NCBI RefSeq assembly: GCF_048593235.1
Contig: NC_133620.1
Span: 352,460,454 to 352,524,453, forward strand
DNA from: Sminthopsis crassicaudata
Lineage: Eukaryota
Length of the DNA: 64,000 bases
Direction: 5' to 3'
Under the pieces are notes generated by a model that was not told the DNA's origin, searched no databases, and was given only the letters and a program-made list of their open reading frames with translations. Made by a program: the position numbers and the translations under genes. Positions 1 to 21,471 of the stretch are shown piece after piece. Position 1 is the stretch's first letter. Every line of letters begins with the position of its first letter.

Positions 1-429
1 TAATGGTTCATGGCTCATTGGGTAATGATGAAAATGGTATCTGAAGACTCACAATTCTGGAATTCTGGTCCCAACACACTTGGAATTCTTTAAGAATGAC
101 CTTTAGACCTTTATCCCCATGTAAGACTTCTCCTTATTATCTTCTTGTCATACCTCTTTTTAGGACCCAAAAGAGATTTACTCAACTTCATGACCCACCT
201 CATTCACTAGACTTGGTTTTCCATGATTTGATTTCTGGTGATTCCAAAGGGTTAAAAACAGCTCAGAAAAAAAAAAGAAAAAAAAAACATAGATTTGCTA
301 CTATTAACCTGCCATAAATTCTGAAAAGATTTCCCCAAAAGATATTTCCAGCACATTTTGAATACTGGTATAATCCTTGGAATGTGTCTAGCTTCCTGTG
401 GAGATTACTATGAAAAGGTTCCACTCATT

Positions 430-635
430 TGGGTAGCTAGATGGTACAGTGGTTGGAGTGCCAGACTTTAGAGTCAGTAAAATTCATCTATCTGATTTCA
501 AATCTGGCCTCAGACATTTCTTAGCTATATGGGCCTGAGCAAGTCATTTAACCCCATTTGCTTGAGTTTCCTCATCTTTAAACTGAGACAGTGAAGGAAA
601 TGGCAAACTATTCCAGTATCTCTGCCAAGATGTCT
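430..635 (+). mobile_element. MAR1-like SINE
   Basis: gtagctagatggtacagtgg head; gaaatggcaaactattccagtatc tail. Confidence 0.7.
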
Positions 636-941
636 CCAATGGATGGGAAAGTTCTTACCAAAAATATCTTTTGGGGAAATCTTACTAAAACAAGCTACAA
701 TCCACTGAAGTACTTGTCCTACTCAGATCAGGGAGCTTTTTTCATGCAGTTTCATGCAGTGCTTTAAGGTATCTCAAAGCCTGTTTTGTTAACGAGAGTT
801 ATTCATGACGATGACTACTTGTAAACCCAGAGTAGTGACTAACCCTTTGCTTTCAAGTGGCTTTTTATGAAATATAAACATCATACACTTTGGAAAGAAT
901 GAATATACATGAGAATCATCAGTGCTTTGCAAAGGTAGAAG

Positions 942-947
942 TTTATT
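942..947 (-). terminator. Poly(A) signal of gene 1
   Basis: AATAAA on minus strand about 320 nt past the stop; similar context to gene 3 signal. Confidence 0.7.
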
Positions 948-1264
948 AGAAGCATGACAGGGGAACCGCAAGGAAAATAGGAGAGGTTAAAGCAACAGAG
1001 GAGATGACATTTTCTGAAGGGAATAATCTTCAAACATCTGAAAATCAAAAACCTCCAGGAACATGAAACTTCAATGTGTAAAACCAGCAAATTCTAGTCT
1101 CTTCGAATCATGGACAATTTTTGTGAAAATTTGTGCCCATTTCTTTCTAATCTTTCTTTGGCCTCTTCTATTTGGCAGGATATAATCACTGTGAGAGGAG
1201 GTTGGATGAAAGGTTGGGAACAAATGACCCTCTGTCCTCCACTCTCTGAGGGATGTTGGGAAAC

Positions 1265-9584
<8,320 letters not shown>

Positions 9585-9663
9585 GGTAAATTCAGTCAAG
9601 TCCCCTGAACTGCAAAGTCTGCCTGTTTCCTGTTGTATGAATCCCCTTCCTATTCTAAGTTCT

Positions 9664-9883
9664 TCTTATATTCTTTCATCTGTAGGTGTGGTCACAGTAT
9701 ATAGCATTTTCTCCTTTTTTATCCTCTAGCAATGTTTCTGAAGCACTTCTCAGTCTGTTATTTAATGACCTCAGAAGAGTCCTTCACCTCATAAAAGATT
9801 TTACTTGGGCTTCTTGCTAAGTCAGGACTCCTCACCAATTGTATTTCTTGGTGAAGTAAGAGCTTTATGGTTCACCTTCAAAG
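9664..9883 (-). promoter_or_regulatory. Gene 1 proximal promoter
   Basis: TATAAGA 9664-9670, CCACACCT 9684-9691, TTTTATGAG (HOX13-type) 9788-9796, CTTTGAAG (LEF1/TCF) 9876-9883; same order in paralogs. Confidence 0.75.
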
Positions 9884-10150
9884 TGGCCAACCCATCACTT
9901 CCCCTTATTCACTGGGTGTGGGGTCCTTGAGGGACAGTTCCATCTCATGGTGTCCCCAACGACTGGGGTCAGAGCTGCTGGCTTTACACTTCACCATATA
10001 TACACTCTGAGCTGATCATCCTTGACTCTTTTTTCCCATTCTAAAAAGTTAAAGTATTGTTGGGTTGAAATTTGGAAGATCTTTGTGATGAAGCTACTGA
10101 AAAAATATAACTGAGACCTGAATATGCCAGTGTAGAGATTATGGTATCTT

Positions 10151-10602
10151 TTTTATTATAGCTTTTTATTTACCAGATATATGCATGGGTAATTTTACAG
10201 CATTGACAATTGCAAAACCTTTTGTTCCAATTTTTCCCTCCTTCCCTCCACCACCTCCCCCAGATGGTAGATTGACCAATACATGTTAAATATGTTAAAG
10301 TATAAGTTAAGTACAATATATGTATACATGTCCAAACAGTTATTTTGCTGTACAAAAAGAATAGGACTTTGAAATAGTGTACAATTAGCCTGTGAGGGAA
10401 ATAAAAAATGCAGGCAGACAAAAATAAGAGGGATTGGGAATTCTATGTAGTGGCTCACAGACATCTCTCAGAGTTCTTTCGCTGGGTGTAGCTGGTTCAG
10501 TTCATTACTGCTCTATTGGAACTCATTTGGTTCATCTCGTTGAAGAGGGCCACGTCCATCAGAATACATCTTCATACAGTATTGTTGTTGAGGTATATAA
10601 TG
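10151..10602 (-). mobile_element. 5'-truncated L1 3' end
   Basis: Marsupial L1 3' UTR-like sequence with T-rich tail on plus strand; 16-nt TSD gagattat(g/t)gtatctt at 10135-10150 and 10603-10618. Confidence 0.85.
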
Positions 10603-11280
10603 GAGATTATTGTATCTTAAGATCAAATGGATTATTAAAGTCATCTATTCCTTCCAGGCAAAGTCGGCCAGGAAGCTATCCCCTGAGGAAGGGTTGATGC
10701 AGAAGGGAAAACACTAGAATTGGAGGCTCTGACCTCTAAAGATTCTACAATTCTATAATTGTCCTTCATGACTATTCCAGAAATTTGCATTGTATATCCC
10801 AAATATTTATAGCTAGAAATGACCTTGTAGATCCTGTCATTCATCCTCATTTTACAAATGAGGAAACTAGCTTAGGTTAGTTGACCTGTCCAAGGTCACA
10901 CAGGTAGCAAGAAAGATCTGGAAAACTATTCAGGTATAGTCTGGTTCAGCTTCCTCAATTTACAAATGAGGACTTGGCTTCACAAAGGTTGAGTTATTTA
11001 ACCAAAGTTATTCAGGCTAGAAACAAGATTTAAACCAAGGTCACCTGACTTCAGAACTACTTCTCTTTCCATTGTTTCCCGGCTACCTTGGTCTTCTCCA
11101 AACCTGAACCTTAGTTCAGGGATGATAGAAAGCTGTTGCTCCTTGGAAATGAACTGTGTAACATGTCAAATATGGACAAGGTCATTTTAAAACCCAACTT
11201 AATTTTATCAACAAAGAGATAATGCTTCTCTTACCAAAGAAGACAAAGATTGGTTCTACTCTAACAAAAAAAATTTTAGG

Positions 11281-11400
11281 GTGTAATGTAATATAATATG
11301 ATATAATGTAATAGAATTGAATGTAATGTTATACATGCATAATAGAACATGTAATATAATATTTAATATAATTCATATAATATGTATAATACATAATTTA
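11281..11400. repeat. Degenerate (TAATR)n pentamer tract
   Basis: tgtaa tgtaa tataa tatga tataa... Confidence 0.8.
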
Positions 11401-11519
11401 TACAAATAAAGCTCCCTACTAATTGGAAGCTTTAAAAATGTTTCATTTTTCTAAGGGAGAAAAAGCTGAGGTTCTTCAAAGGGAGAATAATAATAAATTG
11501 GTTTTTAGTCATGTCGGAT

Positions 11520-11741
11520 TCTTCATGACCCTATTTGACGTTTTCTTGGCAAAGATACTGAAGTGGTTATCCTTTCCTTCCCCAACTCATTTTACAGATG
11601 AGGAAGCTAAGTCAAACAAAATTAAGTGACTTGCCCAAAGTCACACAGCCAGTAAGAGTCTGAGGCCAGATTTGAACACAAGATAATGGGATTTCCTGGT
11701 TTTAAGTCCAGCACTATAGTCACTGTTCCACTTAGCTGCCC
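11520..11741 (-). mobile_element. MAR1-like SINE
   Basis: ttttcttggcaaagatactgaagtgg...aagtgacttgccc...cttagctgcccc. Confidence 0.75.
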
Positions 11742-12673
11742 CCATAATAATAAACAGCAATAATAATTTTACAATAATGCTATGAAATAGGTAATATGTT
11801 ATTAGTTCCACTTTACTGATGATTTGAGAGTTCAAAGAACTTGCCTATAAATTACACAGATAGTATTTCAGGCAGACTTTGAACCACTTCTCTTAATGTA
11901 AAGTCCAGCATTCTATCTACTATTTTCACCAGACTTCGCTTGGTACTCTTAGATGAGAGGCAGACTTACTCTCCCCTGGTCCATTTTTAGCAGCATCACA
12001 CAAATGTCAGTGTGAAAGTTTGAAAAAAGATGACTGATTTATTTTAAATAAATAAGTAAAATACTATCTACACAAATGAATGCCGTCCCCTTCAACTAGT
12101 CCCTTTGGAAGATTGGGCTTCAATTCCCAAATTTAATCTGAGATTTGGTGTGCAGTGCATACTTGCTTAAATAAACCAGTTAGACTCAAAGTACATAGAG
12201 TTATTGAGGGAAACAATATGAGAGTAAGTTACAAAAAATGTTTAAGGAAAAATATATTAATGAGAGGCAAAGCAAAGTACCCAAAATCAAGAGAACAATG
12301 TATGTAGCAGATACAGAAATTTAAAGGACAAAATTGAAATAATATTCATTCTAATCAAAGGCAAGATACAACCTTGGCTAATAATGAAATAAATGTATCT
12401 TTTCTTAGCATGCAGGTAATAGACTATAGGTGTGGAATGTGACATTCATTGCCATATGTGGCCAATGATTTATTTCAACTACATGTCTTTGTTGCAAAGG
12501 AGATTTCTATTGCTAGGGATAGCGAGGGGATACAGAATTGGAAGGGTAATTTATTGAGAAATAAAGACATTTTTAAAGAATAAAATATGTATTGAAAAAT
12601 AACAAAATGAATAGAAATTGAAATGAGAATTGGAGAGAGATGATAAAAGTCATATTTCAAGTAGTGAATAACC

Positions 12674-13442
12674 NNNNNNNNNNNNNNNNNNNNNNNNNNN
12701 NNNNNNNNNNNNNNNNNNNNNNNNNNNNNNNNNNNNNNNNNNNNNNNNNNNNNNNNNNNNNNNNNNNNNNNNNNNNNNNNNNNNNNNNNNNNNNNNNNNN
12801 NNNNNNNNNNNNNNNNNNNNNNNNNNNNNNNNNNNNNNNNNNNNNNNNNNNNNNNNNNNNNNNNNNNNNNNNNNNNNNNNNNNNNNNNNNNNNNNNNNNN
12901 NNNNNNNNNNNNNNNNNNNNNNNNNNNNNNNNNNNNNNNNNNNNNNNNNNNNNNNNNNNNNNNNNNNNNNNNNNNNNNNNNNNNNNNNNNNNNNNNNNNN
13001 NNNNNNNNNNNNNNNNNNNNNNNNNNNNNNNNNNNNNNNNNNNNNNNNNNNNNNNNNNNNNNNNNNNNNNNNNNNNNNNNNNNNNNNNNNNNNNNNNNNN
13101 NNNNNNNNNNNNNNNNNNNNNNNNNNNNNNNNNNNNNNNNNNNNNNNNNNNNNNNNNNNNNNNNNNNNNNNNNNNNNNNNNNNNNNNNNNNNNNNNNNNN
13201 NNNNNNNNNNNNNNNNNNNNNNNNNNNNNNNNNNNNNNNNNNNNNNNNNNNNNNNNNNNNNNNNNNNNNNNNNNNNNNNNNNNNNNNNNNNNNNNNNNNN
13301 NNNNNNNNNNNNNNNNNNNNNNNNNNNNNNNNNNNNNNNNNNNNNNNNNNNNNNNNNNNNNNNNNNNNNNNNNNNNNNNNNNNNNNNNNNNNNNNNNNNN
13401 NNNNNNNNNNNNNNNNNNNNNNNNNNNNNNNNNNNNNNNNNN
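12674..13442. other. Assembly gap
   Basis: 769 N. Confidence 1.
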
Positions 13443-14679
13443 GAGGGAAGAGGGAATGAGGGGAAGAAGGAGAAAGAAAGGAAGGGAAGAAGGAAGGAAA
13501 GGAGGGAAGGAAGAAGGGAGAGAAGAAAGGTGAAGAGAGGAAGCTGAAGGAAAACACAGAAATTTCTTAAAAAAGAAAAAAAAAAAGAAAAGAAAAAGAA
13601 AAAAAACTATCTTTTTGGTCTCCAGCCAATGCTGCCAAGCTTGTCTAGGTGTTTATTCTATCTCAATAAAAGAAGTGAAGAACCACAACTTTCTATGATC
13701 TGCACCCAGTATCCAAGATGCCATGCCTGTTCCATAGATATTAAGCAATGTTTAATTATTGTTATTACAGAATTATAATCATATCATATAGTTCTGACTG
13801 AGTGAGCTTGGGATGAGGAAGGGTGTAACAAAGTTGCTAACCTCTCCTTGTTTCTATTACTTTTCATTTATTCTTTTTATAGTCAACTTCAACCCATATT
13901 AAACTTTAATTGAGTAAAAACTCAGTGGGTCTGGGGTAAACATCATGGATAAACAAAATATCAACCAACCCAATGTTAAGCCATTGTGACCAACACCATA
14001 GTACAGGATCTGAACATAGTATGACAGATAAATTGTTTTTGAGGTTTAAAAAATGTTTTTAGAGAAGTAATAGTATCTCAGAGGATAAGATGATACATAC
14101 ACTTGTCAGTCAGTAGCAGTCAGGGCAGGGCTTCTATATGGACAAACTAGGCAGCTCTCTTCTTATGGATTCAGAAAAGTTTCATTGCCATCTCCAAACA
14201 ACCCTTCTACCTGCCTAAGGCTAACATCTGAAAAATCCACCACTAGAAATTTCCTTGTGATTGTTTTTAATAAAATGATAAGTACATCTATGAGAGATTG
14301 TCAATTATTTACACCTTAGTATGAACAAGTTCCAGGCATAAAAAAGCCTGGGCTTAGAATCAAGATATCTGCATTCAAATTCTATCCCAGACACCCATGT
14401 GGTCCTTGCATCACTTCACCTCTCTTAGTTTTCTCACCTAGAAAATAAAGATACTTATACTACTTATCTCAAAGGGTTAGTATAGGGGAAATGCCTTGTA
14501 AATCTTACACATTATACAAGCATAAGTTTTTATCATATTCTTTCAAATAAGGTAGTTAGCCTGAGGTGGTTTTTATGAGATGGGGTTGAAGGAGGGGAGG
14601 AATAATAATGTCAGGCACTATGTTCACATAGACTAAAAGAAATAACATTAGGCAAAGAATAAATCACCCATCTCAAAGA

Positions 14680-15060
14680 CTCTTATTTCTCCTTCACCCT
14701 GTATTTCCAATCAACATACAAGTCACATTGATTCTGCCTCTTTAATTTCTTTCATTTAGGCATTTATTCATGATGTGTTGACTAGACTATTACAATAGCT
14801 TGCTAATTAGTTTCCCTAGATATAGTCTTTCCTTCTGAGGAATCCATCCTCTACACAGATGCCAAAATTATCTTTATAGGAACAAATTTGACCTTGATAT
14901 TCCTCGGATCAAAAAACTTTCAGTGGCTCCTTATTGTCTCCAAAATAAAATATAAATTGATCCAGCCAGGTATTTGAAGGCTTCCATAATTAGAATCTAC
15001 TCTACCTTCCCAGACTTTTCTTACATTTTTTCCCTTTATTGACTCTATCCAGTCAAACTT
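14680..15060 (+). mobile_element. L2 LINE fragment
   Basis: ctagactattacaatagcttgcta = LDYYNSLL motif; boundaries approximate. Confidence 0.6.
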
Positions 15061-15164
15061 ACTGTATCTCTATCTTTCATATCATTGTATTCACATAATC
15101 TGTTCCATATACCTAGAATGTTCTCTTTGAACTCCATGCTTCAGAATGTAATGTTTTAAATTCA

Positions 15165-15620
15165 ACTTCATTATCCTTACAATATTGCTATTATCATGTA
15201 CACTGTTTTCCTGATTCTGTTCACTTGACTTTATATCAGTTCATAAAAGTCTTATCAAGTTTTCTGAAATCATTCCCTTCATCATTTCTTATAACAGAAT
15301 ATTTTACATCATATTCATATGCTGTAACTTATTTAGTCATTCCTCAATTGATGAGCTTTCCCTAGATTTCCAATTCTTTGCAGCCACAAAAAGATGCATA
15401 ATAAGTTTTTAAATACATATGGTCCTTTTCCTTTTTATTTGATCTCCTTGGAGTACACATCTAAGAGCAGTATTACTCCATCAATGGGTATACACTTTTA
15501 TAATCTTTTGGTCATAATCCTAAATTGATCTCCAGAATGACTGGATCAGTTCACAACTCCATCAGTGTCTCATTGGTGTAACAACTTTCCTATATTCCCT
15601 CAGAAATTTGTCATTTTCTG
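15165..15620 (-). mobile_element. Old L1 ORF2 C-terminal fragment
   Basis: Minus strand reads a degraded FVAAKNWK..SIEE*LNKL, matching the L1 ORF2 end; boundaries approximate. Confidence 0.7.
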
Positions 15621-17592
15621 TAACTCAACATATGCCATCTTCACTTTTTTCCTTTTTCTTCTGTTTTTTTCCTCTCATGGTTTTTTCATTTCATTTCATT
15701 CATTTCAAAACATCTGATTTTTCTCTCCCAACATGATTCATAAAGCAATGTATATTTTAAATAATGAATATACATGTATAAACAGAAAAAATAAAATTAT
15801 AATAAAAAAGAAAATTTGTCATTTTCCTTTTTCTGTAAATTTGTAAAGTGCTTACCACAGTACTTGGAACATAGTATTAAGTACTTAATAAATATTCCTC
15901 ACCCCAGAACTAGAAAGGTTTCTTTCAATCTTAGGCTAAGTAAGGGTCTCTGCTCTTTGAAAAAGAACTTCAGCTGAGTTTGAAAAAGGAAGTAGGAGGG
16001 GAAATTTAAAAAAATCACCTTAAAGAGAAAATCCAACTGCCCCCAAAAAATTAACAATCCAAGCTGGCAGCAGAGCAGCTCACTTATAGTCATCAATCAA
16101 AGCAACCCATTTATCTATGAAGAGTCAACCAAGACCATATGCAGAGCATTCCAAATCCAGAAAGAGAGCAGCCTAGATTATCAAAAGAGCTACCCATCTA
16201 GCTTCCAGCTGTGAATTCTGCATGTGTGTGTATGAATGAGACAGACAGACAGACAGAGGCATAGAGACAGAGAAATGTTGAGACATTAAAGCCCTATATT
16301 TTCAGAAAGAGAAGGGACATTGGGAATATTGAAGAGTTGTGAGCTGCATTGGTTATATGCCTTCCCTTATACATTTGCTTCATTGTAATTATGATTTAAG
16401 TTTGTACCCACTCTCTCATGTGGCTGCTGGTATATTGATGGAAGAATATGATCTAGGTTTATGGGAGAAATGTTTTGGAATCATTGTTCTTGCTATGTCA
16501 TTTGAATAGGAGATGACACAGTTAAGAGTTATAGAGTCTACTGAGTGAACCTTAATGCTAATGCTTAGCCTACTGACAGGGAAACTGCAAAGTAGCGTTA
16601 CAAGTGTAGAAAAGATTTGAACCAATCAATGTGGTGACTGTGATGGAAAATCAACTGAGGAGAAGTAAAGAATTTCCTTGTAGCAGTGACGGCCCAGTTG
16701 AGATTAATTAACAAATTTATAGTGGATCTAGTCAGCTAAGTTATATGGTTTTCTCCAGCTCCATAGTGCAGCACATGAGTAGGAATAAAGAAGTTGGATG
16801 ATGAAAGTAATGTAAGATTGGGGTTTGGAAAAAAAAGCAGAGCAAAATATAGCAGAATAGGACCAGGGAGCAAGAGATTCAAGAATGGAGAACAGTCTAA
16901 AATTAAACATGTTTACTAGTGGACTGAGATTGAGAAAGGACAAAAGTAAAGTCTTAGGAAAGTATAAAGAATATTGCAGGTCACAATAAGCACAAAGTAA
17001 AGCATAGAGTGAGGAAGTGATAGGAGATGATGATGATCCACTAAAGAAATTTCAGCATTAATGATCATGGAAGTAGAACATTTGTGGGTAATGGCAAGAT
17101 TAAAGACATGGCCATCTTCATGTGTGGCTGAGGTTGAGTTGAGGTAGGATAATAATAAAGTTCAGTATTTGCCATGTCAAAACATCAGAAGAGAAAAAGG
17201 AAAAAAAACACCAGAGGCTTGGAAAGATAATTTTTTGTTTGACTAGAAGGTGTCATTAGTGATCTAACAGCTGTTTCCATTAAATGATTGGCAGAAGAAA
17301 ATGAATGATGAGGAATCCAGCCCTAATTTGGGTTCCATCTATTGGTATGGAGGAAGAAGGGACCAAGGATAGCATAAAATAGACTTTTGTAGATGTTTTC
17401 TGGGACAGTCACCCTAAATAATTTTGGGAATTACCCCTTAACTTTTGATCAGTGTTTGTTCATAGTATATGATGAGCATAGAAAGCATTTCATTCTCTTG
17501 ACTAGGAAGGTTTTTTATGAGACATACATGAAGAATGCATTTCAGAGAGTAAACATAGATGAGAATGACATTTATAATGCAAAGAAATAAAG

Positions 17593-17598
17593 TTTATT
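17593..17598 (-). terminator. Poly(A) signal of KRT34-like
   Basis: AATAAA about 390 nt past the stop. Confidence 0.65.
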
Positions 17599-17983
17599 GG
17601 AAGGTAAATGAAGGTGCCTCCTTGCATTCCAGAAGATGCAAGGAAGGTGGAAACACCATCTGTACAGGAAACACCCCAAAGTAATAGCCCATGACAAAGT
17701 TACAGGGAGTTGGGCATCATCAGAAATTAAGACGCTTTAATGCTTTCCATTTAGGATTGTTCCAACCAATTGGGAGTTGATGATGCTATTCTTGGTGTTG
17801 GCTCTGGAACTCACTGCAGTACATGGGAGATCCTGAAAATGGTGGTATAGTTGACAGAAGTGAGGATGATGGGAAAAGAACCAAAATATTGCTGATGGCT
17901 TTGAGAACTGAACAAAGTCAGAAGTCAGGATCAAATGACCTTTCCCATCATGAGTTTACATGGTGAGACTGAAAGATAGGACT

Positions 17984-21143
<3,160 letters not shown>

Positions 21144-21215
21144 GATGATGAGTAGGGTGGTTGGAGGGGTAGTACAATGTTCAAGGTGTGTGAGGTCTAC
21201 CTGGCTCCCTGGGCC

Positions 21216-21471
21216 TTTTATACCCCAAGAAGTGGGTGTGAGCTCATCAGCTAGCATTGTTTCCTTCCTTCACTTTTGGTCAATTTTTTTCCAAAAATAC
21301 TCTGGTTAGAGACCTTCAAAGAGTCCTGCCTCATCTCATAAAAGTCTCCACTTTGGCTTGTGCTAGGTCAGGACTCTTCATAGATGCTATTGGTGGAGAA
21401 ATAAGTGCCTCATCTGTTGTCTTTAAAGATACAGGATCATCACAGTCCTAAAAGGCAGCCTTCATGACTCA
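21216..21471 (-). promoter_or_regulatory. KRT34-like proximal promoter
   Basis: TATAAAA 21216-21222, CACACCC about 21234-21240, CTTTGAAG 21314-21321, TTTTATGAG 21335-21343, degenerate CTTTAAAG 21421-21428, AP-1 TGACTCA 21465-21471. Confidence 0.75.

Noticed and set aside
12475-13557. Long ORFs of 297-360 aa (also at 3227, 7782, 46730, 55713)
   Set aside because: Artefacts of N gaps
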